Positions 19,680 to 30,678 of a DNA stretch of 64,000 nt are shown here, in pieces (positions within the stretch are counted from its first letter, which is position 1; each line of letters opens with the position of its first letter). The DNA is from Patescibacteria group bacterium UBA2773 (GTDB lineage: Bacteria; Patescibacteriota; Minisyncoccia; Moranbacterales; DUUL01). The stretch is taken from contig DEIN01000012.1 of NCBI GenBank assembly GCA_002352465.1, forward strand, positions 17,484 through 81,483. The letters run 5' to 3'. The notes under the pieces are model-generated. The model did not search any database. It saw nothing but the letters and a program-made list of their open reading frames with translations, and had not been told where the DNA came from. A program made the translations under genes and the position numbers.

Positions 19680-21200
19680 TTATCTAGCGTATTCTACTGA
19701 CCTCACCTCTCGTAAAACATTAACTTTTATTTCACCGGGATAATTCAAATCGTCTTCAATTTTGGTGGCAATCTGCTTGGCTAATTTCAAAGACTTTAAA
19801 TCGTCAACTTTTTCTGGATTAACAAAAACTCGAATTTCTCGTCCAGCCTGAATTGCATAACATTTTTCAATTTCGCTAAAAGACATCACTAAAGCTTCTA
19901 GTTCTTCCAACCGCTTAAGATATTTTTCCAAAGTATCCTTTCGAGCTCCTGGCCTAGAAGCGCTTAAAGCGTCTGCAGCCGCTACTAACAAGCCAATTCC
20001 ATCTTTAAAAGGATAATCCTCATGATGCGACTTCATTGCGTCTATTACTTCTTCTGGTTGATTAAACTTCTTTAAAATATTAATCCCCAATTCCACGTGA
20101 GTTCCTTTAATTTCATGGTCGACTGCTTTTCCAATGTCATGAAATAATCCAGCCTTTTTCGCTAAATTAACATCTAATCCTAATTCACCTGCTAAAGCAC
20201 CTGCCAAATGAGCCACTTCCAAAGAATGCAACAAAACATTTTGACCATAACTCGTTCGATATCTAAGCTTTCCCAAAAGATGCATCAAACTAGAATCAAC
20301 CCCAGTTAAACCAACATCATAAACCGCAGCTTCTCCAGCTTCTTTGATTTTTTTATTAATTTCACTTTTAGCCTTTTCAACCGCTTCTTCAATTTTAGTT
20401 GGATGAATTCGACCATCTTTAATCAAAAAATTAATTGCGTTCTTGGCAATTTCTCTTCGCATTGGATCAAAACTAGAAATCACAATCACTTCCGGAGTAT
20501 CATCCACGATAATTTCCGCTCCAATCAAATTTTCTAAAGCTTTAATATTTCGTCCTTCTCTTCCAATTATTCGACCCTTAACTTCATCACTCGGAATACT
20601 CAAGGTTGTCGCAGTGGTATCAACTACCTGAGAACCTGCGTAACGTTGCATTACCTCAGTCATAATATTTTTGGCTTCTTCTTCAATTTGGTCTCTTTTG
20701 GAACCTTCTAGTTTCGAAAGCGCCTTAACTATTTCATCTTTATTCTCTTTTTCAGCAATTTTTAAAAGTTCTTTCTTAGCTTCTTCTTTTTTTAATTTAG
20801 CAATTTTTTCCAATTCCTTTTCTCGCTGTTTTTTAATTTCCAAAATACCTTCTCTAATTTTACCAACTTCTTGGGCTTTCTGTTTAATGTGATTTTTCTC
20901 TTTTTCTAGTTGAGAACGTTGATTATCTAAATTTTTCTCTTTGTGATTAAGACGTTGCTCTGCTTGTCTCAAATCCTCTCTCCTGCTTTTTTCTTCTTTT
21001 TTCACTTCCTCTAAACCTTTAACTGCTTTATCTTTGGCGTCCAAAAGCAACTCTCTTGATTTGTTTTTGGCTTCTTCTAATTTTTTTTCTACTTTTGATT
21101 CAGCCGTATCAAGCTGATAACGAGCATAAAACTTTCTAGTCAAAAAACCAGCGCTTGATCCAAATGCAAAGGTTAATATTCCAATTAATAATGGACTCAT
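19680..21200 (-). CDS. rny: Ribonuclease Y
   Basis: N-terminal TM, coiled coil, KH domain KGRIIGREGRNI, RTSYGQN, HD domain, AIQAGREIRV; ATG at 21200 preferred. Confidence 0.97.
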   Translation of the reverse strand: MSPLLIGILTFAFGSSAGFLTRKFYARYQLDTAESKVEKKLEEAKNKSRELLLDAKDKAVKGLEEVKKEEKSRREDLRQAEQRLNHKEKNLDNQRSQLEKEKNHIKQKAQEVGKIREGILEIKKQREKELEKIAKLKKEEAKKELLKIAEKENKDEIVKALSKLEGSKRDQIEEEAKNIMTEVMQRYAGSQVVDTTATTLSIPSDEVKGRIIGREGRNIKALENLIGAEIIVDDTPEVIVISSFDPMRREIAKNAINFLIKDGRIHPTKIEEAVEKAKSEINKKIKEAGEAAVYDVGLTGVDSSLMHLLGKLRYRTSYGQNVLLHSLEVAHLAGALAGELGLDVNLAKKAGLFHDIGKAVDHEIKGTHVELGINILKKFNQPEEVIDAMKSHHEDYPFKDGIGLLVAAADALSASRPGARKDTLEKYLKRLEELEALVMSFSEIEKCYAIQAGREIRVFVNPEKVDDLKSLKLAKQIATKIEDDLNYPGEIKVNVLREVRSVEYAR

Positions 21201-21444
21201 AATGCTAATAAAACCAAACACCCCAAAATAAGACTCTGGTTACTTTTTTCAAAATTATTTTTTATTCTTCTGAATAATTTTATTATATAAAGTCATTTTA
21301 TTTTTTTGCGATAATTGGTTTTTTAAAAAATTATTTTAAAAAACATCTTCATTAAACAACCTTTAAACGAAAATCTTCAATCAATCAAATTTTTATTCTA
21401 CTTAAAAACTAACCCTGGAATTAAATATTACTAAAAACACATAA

Positions 21445-21933
21445 CTATTTTTTGGGTTCTGTGTTTTTTTCTTTATTTAACTTTTTATTTTCAGAAGAAT
21501 CATTCTTAAGCGGTTCTCCTAGTTCTCGATAAACTGTACCTAAAACACCATTAATAAATTTTCCGGAACTCTCTCCTCCGTAAGCCTTCGCTAATTCTAT
21601 CGCCTCATTAATTGCCACTTTTGGAGGAACTTCATCATAATTACCAAACATTAATTCATATACACCAAGTCTAAGAACGTTTCGATCCACAATTGTTATT
21701 TGCTCCAAAGGCCACTCGGGAGCACATTTTTCAATAATAGGATCGATAGTTTCTTTTTTTTTCAAAACACCCTCTATTAGTTTTTGAACAAATTCATCGC
21801 CAGACATTTTTGGAGCAAACTCCTTGACGTTATCATCAATAATTTCATTTACATCTCGTTTTTTTTGTTCATTAAAATCCCACTCATATAAGCTTTTTAG
21901 GACAATTGATCTGGCTAAATGACGATTTCCCAT
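21445..21933 (-). CDS. nusB: Transcription antitermination factor NusB
   Basis: [32 protein letters not shown]. Confidence 0.96.
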   Translation of the reverse strand: MGNRHLARSIVLKSLYEWDFNEQKKRDVNEIIDDNVKEFAPKMSGDEFVQKLIEGVLKKKETIDPIIEKCAPEWPLEQITIVDRNVLRLGVYELMFGNYDEVPPKVAINEAIELAKAYGGESSGKFINGVLGTVYRELGEPLKNDSSENKKLNKEKNTEPKK

Positions 21934-21945
21934 TTCAAAAATTGA

Positions 21946-22149
21946 CTATTTAGTTTTATTCTTTTTTAAATCAGTTCCTTTAATTACTTGTTCTCCTTTG
22001 TAAAAACCACAATGTGAACAAGCGTGATGAGGTAAAGAAGGCATTCCGCAATTGGAACACTTTACTACTAACTTTGTTTCTAATTTTTTTTGACCTCCTC
22101 TTCTTCTATCTCTCCGACTTTTGGTTTGTCGTTGCTTTGGTACAGCCAT
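21946..22149 (-). CDS. rpmF: 50S ribosomal protein L32 (zinc-binding type)
   Basis: MAVPKQRQTKSRRDRRR, CSNC...CSHCGFY; start at ATG 22149. Confidence 0.95.
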   Translation of the reverse strand: MAVPKQRQTKSRRDRRRGGQKKLETKLVVKCSNCGMPSLPHHACSHCGFYKGEQVIKGTDLKKNKTK

Positions 22150-22377
22150 AATACAGATTAATAACAATAAAATTCTTGAATATTTTTGACGAAAATCTTT
22201 TAATTCAGATTAGATCGCTCTCTCAGTCAAATAATAACTCAGAACAATTTATAATATAACAGAAAAAATATTTTTATGCAATAGGTAGGAGTTTTAAGGT
22301 TTTTAAATTTACAAAACTAATTTAAAAAACTATACTAATAACAGAATTATTCACAAATAAATCAATCTTTAACTATA

Positions 22378-23157
22378 ATGCAAATTTCAATTATCTTAGT
22401 CAATTTTAAAAGTCAAATTTTCCTCAAGAACTGCTTAAGATCAGTTAGTCAAAAACTCAAAAAAACTGCTTTGACTAAAAATTTTGAAGTTATTATTGTT
22501 AATAATGAACTAAAACCTCTAAAATTAAGGTTTTCTTTTGATTTAAAAATAAAAATTATCGAAAATCGAAAAAACCTAGGATTTGGAAATGCTTGTAATA
22601 TTGGGGCAAAAAACGCCAAAGGAGAATATCTTTTTTTTCTAAATCCCGATACCGAGCTTTTAATTACTAATTTTTCTTCTATTATAGAAAAATTTAAAAA
22701 AAATTCTCAACTAGGAATAATTGGAACTCAGATAATAGACAAAAACAGAAAAGCCTCTCAACCCTGGACTTGTGGTAAAAAAACTTCTTTTTTAAAAATT
22801 TTATTTAAAAATTCTATTAATCAACCCTGGAATAAAAAATTTCCAGTAGTAGTTGACTGGGTTTCTGGAACTTCTTTTTTTATTAGAAAAAAAGATTTTA
22901 AACAGCTTGGAGGTTTTGACGAAAAATTTTTTATGTATTTTGAAGATCAAGATTTATGCCTTAGAATTAAACAATTAAATAAACATTGTTTGTTTTATCC
23001 CTATTTTTCAGTCTTACATCACGATGGCAAAAGTTGGCCCAATAATGATCAAAAAAAACTTCACTACTATCAATCTCAAGATTATTTTTTCAAAAAACAT
23101 TTCGGTCGATTGAATCAATTAGCATTGCTTTTCAGTAAAAAATTATTAAACAAATGA
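22378..23157 (+). CDS. GT2 family glycosyltransferase
   Basis: SIILVNF, NLGFGNACN, FLNPD, GGFDEKFFMYFEDQDLC. Confidence 0.93.
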   Translation: MQISIILVNFKSQIFLKNCLRSVSQKLKKTALTKNFEVIIVNNELKPLKLRFSFDLKIKIIENRKNLGFGNACNIGAKNAKGEYLFFLNPDTELLITNFSSIIEKFKKNSQLGIIGTQIIDKNRKASQPWTCGKKTSFLKILFKNSINQPWNKKFPVVVDWVSGTSFFIRKKDFKQLGGFDEKFFMYFEDQDLCLRIKQLNKHCLFYPYFSVLHHDGKSWPNNDQKKLHYYQSQDYFFKKHFGRLNQLALLFSKKLLNK

Positions 23158-24389
23158 TTACTAAACGTAAATTTTCAAAAACTGAACTAGCTTTATTTTT
23201 TTTAATCGGACTTATCCCGTTTAGTTTTGCTTTAAACCCGACTTTAACTATTGATTTAGCACTAATTAGGATTCTTATTCCAATTTTTTTCCTAAGCTGG
23301 TTATTTAGTAGTCTTTTTAAAAAAAGATTAATCATTGATTCTCGCTTTAGAGCTTGGCTTTTGATTTTTATTTTTTTACTAGCTATTTGTTCTTTATTTT
23401 GGGCGCCAAACTCTAGCAAAGCTTGGCGAAAAATCTTGTTTTTAGGCTCAATTTTTCCTTTTTATTGGATAATTTTTCCATTTTTAAAGAAAAAAACTAA
23501 TTTAAATTTAGTTTTAAAAATAATCTTTGGAACCGCCTTTGTCTCAGCCTTAATTGGATTATTTCAATTTTTTTCTCAATTTATTTTTGGAATAGATACC
23601 GTTTTTCAAGTTCAAGCCCACTTAACGCCCTTGTTTTTAGGCAAAAATTTTTCAAAAGTAGTTTTGGAATATAACAGCTGGCTAGTTAACATCAACGGAA
23701 AAACAGTTTTTAGAGCGCTTGGACTATTTCCCGACCCCCATCTTTTTAGTTTATTTTTAAACCTTTCGATCCCAATCGGTTTTTATTTGTTTTCCAAAAA
23801 TAAACAGTTTTTCTCTTTAATTGGAACACTCATTATTCTACTATCCAGCTTATTAACTTTTTCTCGAGCCGGTTATTTAAGTTTAATTTTGGCTTTTGCT
23901 TTCTTTTGGTTATTTCATTTAAACAAAAAAAGTTTTTGGAATATTTTATTAATTTTAATTTTTAGTTTATTTCTACTCATCCCCAATCCAATTAATCAAC
24001 GATTTTTTTCTATTTTTAATTTTCAAGATGGCTCAGTTTCCGAGCGACTAATTTTGTGGAAAACTGGATTAAAAGTGACCCAGAATAATTTTTGGACCGG
24101 TGTCGGAATTGGTAATTTATCAGAAGAACTTAGACCTCTTTCTAATCAAAGAATTCCGATTTATGCTCATAATCTATTTTTAGATTTTTCAACTGAACTT
24201 GGATTTTTTGGAGGGTTAGCTATTTTTCTAATTATAATTTCACCAATTATGGCTTTTTTCAGACAATCCACTCCTCAAAAAAATTTAATAGCGACAATTT
24301 TTATAATTATTTTGACTAATTCAATGTTTGAAACACCCTTTTATTCCGTTCAAATTCTCCCTTTAATTCTAATTCTGTTAGCAATATGA
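23154..24389 (+). CDS. O-antigen ligase-like (Wzy_C) membrane protein
   Basis: RALGLFPDP, LTFSRAG, ERLILW, TGVGIGN, AHNLFL. Confidence 0.88.
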   Translation: MITKRKFSKTELALFFLIGLIPFSFALNPTLTIDLALIRILIPIFFLSWLFSSLFKKRLIIDSRFRAWLLIFIFLLAICSLFWAPNSSKAWRKILFLGSIFPFYWIIFPFLKKKTNLNLVLKIIFGTAFVSALIGLFQFFSQFIFGIDTVFQVQAHLTPLFLGKNFSKVVLEYNSWLVNINGKTVFRALGLFPDPHLFSLFLNLSIPIGFYLFSKNKQFFSLIGTLIILLSSLLTFSRAGYLSLILAFAFFWLFHLNKKSFWNILLILIFSLFLLIPNPINQRFFSIFNFQDGSVSERLILWKTGLKVTQNNFWTGVGIGNLSEELRPLSNQRIPIYAHNLFLDFSTELGFFGGLAIFLIIISPIMAFFRQSTPQKNLIATIFIIILTNSMFETPFYSVQILPLILILLAI

Positions 24390-25549
24390 TTAAAAAAATA
24401 TTTTCAAAAATCATCTTGCTCCCTTTTTTAATTCCAATAATCTATCGGATTAAATTTCCGATTAAAAACTTTGGGAATATTAATTTATTAGATTTAGTTT
24501 TGTTATTATCAATAGTATTCGGATTAATCTTAATTTATCAAGAAAAAAATTGGCAAAATTTTAAAAAATATCTTTCCACCAACAAATTAATAACAACAAC
24601 TAGTTTCTTTTTATTTTTTGGATTATTTTCTTTAGCTATAAATTTTGAAACTAATGGTCTTGAAAACTTGAGTCTTTTTAAAAGTTATTTTATTTTACCT
24701 ATTTTTTTCGCAATAATTATTAGTTATTTTTTAAAAACAAATAAACTTAGCCACTGGTCATTTTTTTACTGCTATCTCATTTATTCCTCAACTCTCGCCT
24801 TTTTGACTATTGTTTTTCGATTAATCAACCAGCAAACTTACGATGGACGAATTCAATTATTTTTCGATTCACCCAATCAACTAGCCATCGCTCTCTCCTT
24901 AGGAATAATTTCCGGAGCTATTGTTTTTTTTCACAAAAATTCTAAAAAAGGCCTCTTTGTAATCTTACTAATATTATTAACCGCCCTATTATTAACAAAA
25001 TCCGCTGGAGCAACTCTAGCCGTTGTTTTGACTCTTCTTTTTATTTATAGCAAAAAAATCGCCTTAAAATCAAACTTTTTTTTAAAAATTATTATTTTTT
25101 TATCACTATTTTTAATTGGAATATCCTTTTTTCTTTCTCCTTTCTTGACCAAAATTGATTACAATCCATTTTTAAACCGAAATTCTCTAGACTCTCGTTT
25201 AGTAATTCAACTTTCTACTCAAAAAATTATCTCCGCTAATTTTTTAACTGGCATTGGATTAGCTAATTTTCAAACTAAATATCTCGAAAAACAAACCGAT
25301 TTTCCACCCTATCCTCAATGGGCTGTTCCTCATTCTCATAATTTATTCACTCAAATTTGGTTATCTTTCGGTTTCTTCGGTTTTTTAATTTGGCTTTATT
25401 TATTGTTCCAAAAAACAACTTTCTCTAAAAATCTTCCGAGCAAAATAACTCTTTATTTTCTTTTATATTTTTTAATTCACGGCCTAGTCGACGTTCCCAT
25501 CTGGAGCAATGACCAAGCCTTATTTTTCTGGTTTATATTTTTTCTATAG
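24386..25549 (+). CDS. Second O-antigen ligase-like (Wzy_C) membrane protein
   Basis: GRIQLFFDSPN, LTKSAGA, SRLVI, TGIGLANF, PHSHNLF. Confidence 0.85.
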   Translation: MIKKIFSKIILLPFLIPIIYRIKFPIKNFGNINLLDLVLLLSIVFGLILIYQEKNWQNFKKYLSTNKLITTTSFFLFFGLFSLAINFETNGLENLSLFKSYFILPIFFAIIISYFLKTNKLSHWSFFYCYLIYSSTLAFLTIVFRLINQQTYDGRIQLFFDSPNQLAIALSLGIISGAIVFFHKNSKKGLFVILLILLTALLLTKSAGATLAVVLTLLFIYSKKIALKSNFFLKIIIFLSLFLIGISFFLSPFLTKIDYNPFLNRNSLDSRLVIQLSTQKIISANFLTGIGLANFQTKYLEKQTDFPPYPQWAVPHSHNLFTQIWLSFGFFGFLIWLYLLFQKTTFSKNLPSKITLYFLLYFLIHGLVDVPIWSNDQALFFWFIFFL

Positions 25550-26656
25550 AGGCCTTTTAATCAAACTTCCTGAAATTTTATCAATAAAAACTAGTTTTTC
25601 TTTGGTTAATATTAAATTAAAAGCATCTACTGGAGGATATTTTTCCAAATCAGTAAATATTTTTTCTTTTTTATTTTCATTCAAATCAATTTTCCAAAAA
25701 ATATCTCGAGAAACAAATTTATCTGAATACCAATCTTCTAATTTAAATTCCTTAAGCACCTCGCTAGTCAAAACCGCACAATACAAAAAGTCAGCCTCTT
25801 CTGACCAAACACATTTTTGAGCCACACTTGGCACGCCAAGTTCAAACTGCTTTTTTTGTAATAAATCATAATATCCTAGTTGAACTCTTTTCGACGCAAC
25901 CGAATGATCATAAAAAGAAAATAAAATTTTATCTCCATCCGGTGACCATAAAACATCAATAATATCTTTTTCGACTATTTTATTATTTGCCTTTTGATCA
26001 ATTAAATTAGTTAAAAAAATGCCACTCTGTTCCTTGTTGGCTTGCCTAGAAAAATAAGCAACTAAATCTTCTTGCGGATTAACCGCTAAATCAAGATTCT
26101 CTCTTTTTATTTTTCTAACCAATCTCCAATTTTTACCTTCCAAATCTGAAATGTTTAATTCAAAAAATCCGTTCTCGGAAAATAAATAAATCAGACCATC
26201 TCCCAAGGAATTAAACCTAACTTGCTTTATCTTTTTTTCTAACTTAATATTTTGTTTTTTTTCAAGATTATAAACATTAAAATCATCCCCAGCTCTGACT
26301 AAACAAAAACTCCCAGTTTTTGAAAATTGAGCCGTCTTAAAATCATTAAAAGGATAAGAACCTAAATTATTCTTATAAGAACCATTTAAGTCTGTTTCTA
26401 AAAAATTATTTTGATTATAATAAATAATTTTATTAGCTTCTTTTCTAAAAGCCATTTTAATTTCCCCCCTTGCAATAATATCTTCTATTAGTAATTTTTC
26501 TTTCTCTGCTTTATCAACTAAAACTTCCCTTGGAGAATCATTTTTAATTACAATTTTTTCTGATTTCAAAAATAAATCAATTAATTGAATTTTAAAATAC
26601 CACAAAAAAAAGATAGCACAAAGAATACCTGAAATTATTCCAATTTTTTTAATCAT
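25544..26656 (-). CDS. Membrane-anchored beta-propeller-like (TolB-like) protein
   Basis: N-terminal TM; FSKTG, FNSLGD, WSPDGDKI, KCVWS repeats. Confidence 0.75.
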   Translation of the reverse strand: MIKKIGIISGILCAIFFLWYFKIQLIDLFLKSEKIVIKNDSPREVLVDKAEKEKLLIEDIIARGEIKMAFRKEANKIIYYNQNNFLETDLNGSYKNNLGSYPFNDFKTAQFSKTGSFCLVRAGDDFNVYNLEKKQNIKLEKKIKQVRFNSLGDGLIYLFSENGFFELNISDLEGKNWRLVRKIKRENLDLAVNPQEDLVAYFSRQANKEQSGIFLTNLIDQKANNKIVEKDIIDVLWSPDGDKILFSFYDHSVASKRVQLGYYDLLQKKQFELGVPSVAQKCVWSEEADFLYCAVLTSEVLKEFKLEDWYSDKFVSRDIFWKIDLNENKKEKIFTDLEKYPPVDAFNLILTKEKLVFIDKISGSLIKRPL

Positions 26657-29501
26657 TTCTTTTTAAATTAATTTCCCGACTAAACCAATAATTAAAACCA
26701 AAAATAAAAAACCAGAAAAGAATAAAAACAATCGCAGTTCTTATTATAAAAACAAAATATTCGGGAGCGTTTGTCAAAGTTGAAGCCATAAACCTTTGGA
26801 TTGAATTACCTTTAACCACAACTCCCATTGAATCAATGTTAGTTTTCTTAATTGTAATAATTTTTTTACTTTCTAAATTTTTAAAATCTTTAACATTCCA
26901 ATTATCACTTAAAACAATTTGTTCTTCTATTGAAAATTCCTTAATAACCTCTACTAATAAATTAATTGTCTCACCTTCTTTTCCTGTTACTTTAAATTCA
27001 ATATTTTGACCATTTAAGGCTATTCCATAATCACTATTAGCACTAATGAATTCAGTATCGACTTTTTGACCATTTATGAACCAATTTAAAGAAATATTAT
27101 TTTGCTCTAAGTTATTATTTAAATAGCTTGGCACAAAATCTGCTTTAAAAGAGATAATTTCCCCAATTTTTCCAACAAAAACACTATCAGACTGACTACC
27201 AACAGAAGAACCGTCGTCCACTACCCAAGGCCAAGCCTTATTATAATCATTACTAACAATTCTCGCCATTGGTTCAACTACCGAAAGTAATCTCTCGCTA
27301 GTCACTTCTCCTCCTTCTTTCTTTTTAACTTTTGAAGAAACCCTTTGCAACTCAATTCCACTGTTTGACATTAGTAAATAAACAGTCTCTCCTAAATCAC
27401 AACCACCATTTCGAAAAGAGCAAATATTTGATCCTGATAAAGGAGCCATTATTTTTTGGCCATTTAATTCCCAAGAATAAGCTTCCGCTTTAGTTATTCC
27501 ATTTAAATCAACTTCAACATCTGATTGAACTGCAATTATTTGACCTGGATAAACTGGACAAATCTGACTATAAACCCCGCTCACACAAATTTCGTCCGAA
27601 GCTGGATCAAAACCATATTCTCCAGTAGCTTGCTGAGAAACTTTAAAAAATCTAATCGCATTATCGTTAACCACCACTGGAATATCCACACTAGAAATTC
27701 CAACCATTGAGTCATTTTTACTTTTTCTAGTTTTCAAAAAAACTTTTAAATAAAAATTATCAGAAGCCCCTTTTTTTATTAAAAAATTATCATCCAATTT
27801 AAACCTTATACTACTAATCCCAATCCCTTCGGCATATGAATTAGACTCAATTCTTTCAGCGCATTTTCCTAAAATATCTCCATCCCCGCAACTTAAAGGG
27901 GTAATCCTATTGTCAAGATTCGAAGTACAGGTGTCTAATTCTCCGTTTCCACAATAATAAATGTCCCAATCATAATAAATAAAATCATCTGCTATTCCAC
28001 TTTGAACAAAATTAGCATTAACTGTAATATAATCTGAATAATCATTGTTATCAACATTAAACTGAGGCGCTAAAGGAGTAAAATTTAATTTACTTTCCAA
28101 TAAACTTACTCCCTGCTCAAAAACATTTTTACTCGCCAAGTAAGTAAAACCATAATCAGAATTTCTATCGCATTCATCCTTTTTAGCTAAATCTTTTTTG
28201 CTTCCACCTTCAACTTCTTCTTTATCACAAGAATCTAAACCAGCCCAAAGAATTTTATAATAAGGGTTTAATGCTGTTTCTCTTTCAATGCCAACGACTT
28301 CTTCGGTCACCGGATAAGAAACACTTCCAGTAGAATTGGTTTCCGATGTAGAATCAGTACTAATACTGCCAGTACTATAAGCACCCTCAGTTCCATCATC
28401 ATTCACACTAACACCCCCATTCAAGCTAGCACTCCCGCCACTAGTCACAGTATCTGCAGTTTCTGATAAAACACCACTGGTATTTATAGATTGGCTTGTA
28501 ATGGAAGTACTAGCATTACCTTCACCTTCATTAATAACTACCAAGGAAGTTCCTTCTATTACAACCCCTACTCGATCGCCTGGGTTAAAAGTCCAAGTAA
28601 ATTGAGTTTGTCCCAAACCAGCTAAATCCTCTTCATCTTTAAAACCATCTCCATCAGTATCAGAACTATTGGGATTCAATCTCCAACAAGCCTCTTCATT
28701 AGTAGTAAATTCACCATCTCCCACTTCATGCCCACTCTTACATTCTATTATTACATTAGGATTAGCTGGATTCTCAAATGTTTCCCCCTTATTAGCTTCA
28801 GCAAATTTATGTTCGCATTCAATAATTAAATCTCCGCCCGGATGAGTAAGCTCATACTCTTCTGGGTCAGAAACCCCAAAATTATGTCTGTAACATCTAG
28901 AAATTTTATCAGTATCAACTATTTGTTTAGCCACGGGAGTAAGATAATGTTCAGATTCATAATCACCCTCTCCTCTTGGGATACCCCTTCGTCCACCCAC
29001 ACCATCATCCCCACCAAAAGAAGCATCATAGCCATCTTTGTCTGGATCAACATTACTATCAGAATAATCTATTTCGAACAAGGCTGGATCAAAATCTCCT
29101 CGAGCCACGATTCCCATTGCTCTTCTCTTTGCATTTTCCATTGCTTCGTCATCCTTTAAATCATCATCTGCTCGAAAAAGAAACCAGGTATAATACAAAT
29201 CATCACTAGCGTTTTTAAAATATTTAGGCATTGCAGTAGCCACCACTTTCTCCCCCCTTTTAGGAGCAGTTTTATCAAAAAATACTTCGGTTGTCGGATA
29301 ATTCGATTTTACTTGAGCTTTTCTTAAAAAATCCTTATCAAAACCATATTGATTTTCCACTTTATTCATAACTTCCTCAATTGACGGAACCTTAATACTA
29401 CTACCACCGAAAGCCTGAACACCTCCAACTAGATTCCAAAAAAGAAGATTTAAGATTATAAATGAATATAAAATTCTTGTTTTTATGGTATATTTTTTCA
29501 T
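26649..29501 (-). CDS. Large exported Cys-rich surface protein with Ca-binding DxDxDG motifs and C-terminal TM
   Basis: Signal peptide (VQA), DPDKDG, DTDGDGFKD, Ser/Thr-rich insert, C-terminal hydrophobic helix. Confidence 0.8.
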   Translation of the reverse strand: MKKYTIKTRILYSFIILNLLFWNLVGGVQAFGGSSIKVPSIEEVMNKVENQYGFDKDFLRKAQVKSNYPTTEVFFDKTAPKRGEKVVATAMPKYFKNASDDLYYTWFLFRADDDLKDDEAMENAKRRAMGIVARGDFDPALFEIDYSDSNVDPDKDGYDASFGGDDGVGGRRGIPRGEGDYESEHYLTPVAKQIVDTDKISRCYRHNFGVSDPEEYELTHPGGDLIIECEHKFAEANKGETFENPANPNVIIECKSGHEVGDGEFTTNEEACWRLNPNSSDTDGDGFKDEEDLAGLGQTQFTWTFNPGDRVGVVIEGTSLVVINEGEGNASTSITSQSINTSGVLSETADTVTSGGSASLNGGVSVNDDGTEGAYSTGSISTDSTSETNSTGSVSYPVTEEVVGIERETALNPYYKILWAGLDSCDKEEVEGGSKKDLAKKDECDRNSDYGFTYLASKNVFEQGVSLLESKLNFTPLAPQFNVDNNDYSDYITVNANFVQSGIADDFIYYDWDIYYCGNGELDTCTSNLDNRITPLSCGDGDILGKCAERIESNSYAEGIGISSIRFKLDDNFLIKKGASDNFYLKVFLKTRKSKNDSMVGISSVDIPVVVNDNAIRFFKVSQQATGEYGFDPASDEICVSGVYSQICPVYPGQIIAVQSDVEVDLNGITKAEAYSWELNGQKIMAPLSGSNICSFRNGGCDLGETVYLLMSNSGIELQRVSSKVKKKEGGEVTSERLLSVVEPMARIVSNDYNKAWPWVVDDGSSVGSQSDSVFVGKIGEIISFKADFVPSYLNNNLEQNNISLNWFINGQKVDTEFISANSDYGIALNGQNIEFKVTGKEGETINLLVEVIKEFSIEEQIVLSDNWNVKDFKNLESKKIITIKKTNIDSMGVVVKGNSIQRFMASTLTNAPEYFVFIIRTAIVFILFWFFIFGFNYWFSREINLKRND

Positions 29502-29509
29502 AAAAATAA

Positions 29510-30178
29510 TTAAAGTTTAATATTTTGAATTTTATATAAAATTACTCCATCTAAAAGTAAAATTAAAATCCAACGAGTAAAAAAGGAATACCAAATTGAT
29601 TTTGTTTGTAGATAAAACCAACCTAAAAAAAGAGCTAGTATGTAATTAAATAAAATAAATTGCCAATTGAATATTTCAAAAAATAATATTTCGAAACCGA
29701 CAAATAAACTCGCCTGAACAATTAAAACCGCTTTATTGGATAAAATTATCGCCAATCGGTTGATTAAAAAATTTCGAAAGAAAAATTCTTGAGAAACTAA
29801 AATTATCGGCAATAAGACTAAGTCAATAAAAAATATTGCCCACCAATCATTCAAAAACCAATCCATTCTAGATAAATAATTTAATTTTAAAAATGGTAAA
29901 AAATTTATTGTTAAAACTAAAATCAAAACCAAAATTTGCACCCCCAAAATTTGCAAACAAATCTTACAATTAATTTTTGATAATACTAGCTGATCTTTTA
30001 GTCCTTGTTTTAAAATAATAATCGGAAAAACCAAAAAAAATAGCACATTTAAAAACACTGTTTCCCAAACCCCATCAGTCGTTAAATTATTTAACAAAAA
30101 CCAAAAACCTAAATAGATTGAAAAGACTTCTGTTAAAGTTATTGGCAAATTTTGAATTTTTGATAAATTTTTAAACAT
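29510..30178 (-). CDS. CPBP/Abi (CAAX protease) family membrane protein with degenerate catalytic motifs
   Basis: QEFFFR for EExxxR, QASLF, FLGWFYLQTKSIW; conserved His positions absent. Confidence 0.7.
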   Translation of the reverse strand: MFKNLSKIQNLPITLTEVFSIYLGFWFLLNNLTTDGVWETVFLNVLFFLVFPIIILKQGLKDQLVLSKINCKICLQILGVQILVLILVLTINFLPFLKLNYLSRMDWFLNDWWAIFFIDLVLLPIILVSQEFFFRNFLINRLAIILSNKAVLIVQASLFVGFEILFFEIFNWQFILFNYILALFLGWFYLQTKSIWYSFFTRWILILLLDGVILYKIQNIKL

Positions 30179-30182
30179 TTTT

Positions 30183-30662
30183 TTAATTTAAAGCTTTTTT
30201 AATTTGTTGCATCTTATTATTAACTACTTCAATTTTTTTATAATAACCCTTTTTCAAAAAATAATAGTGCAGTAAAGCCATTATAGTAAAAAGAGGAAGC
30301 CAGCTAAAGCCAAAGCCAAAAACTTCTACTCCATAAAGAATTAATCTTAAAATCCATATTTTAAGTTGCTTCTTTATTTTATTGCGAAAAAAACCTCGCC
30401 CTAGTCCATCAAAAAAATATAATATTTCAAAAACCGCCGCGAAAAAACTACCTATTAAATTTCCGACAACTAGAATTAATCCAAATAAATCAGCCACAAT
30501 GGATAAAATTACTATAAATCGAGAAAGAATTGTGATTTCAGATTTTTCAACCCTCTTGATTGCCTTTAGTATTCCCGTTTCCTTGATAGTTTTTTTATAC
30601 TCCAATTCCCGCTGTCTTTCCAATTCTTGCTGATTTAAATATTCCTGACTAATTTTAACCAT
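30183..30662 (-). CDS. Membrane protein in T4SS-like operon
   Basis: 159 aa, three to four TM segments. Confidence 0.75.
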   Translation of the reverse strand: MVKISQEYLNQQELERQRELEYKKTIKETGILKAIKRVEKSEITILSRFIVILSIVADLFGLILVVGNLIGSFFAAVFEILYFFDGLGRGFFRNKIKKQLKIWILRLILYGVEVFGFGFSWLPLFTIMALLHYYFLKKGYYKKIEVVNNKMQQIKKALN

Positions 30663-30678
30663 CAGTTTTTTAAAAAAA

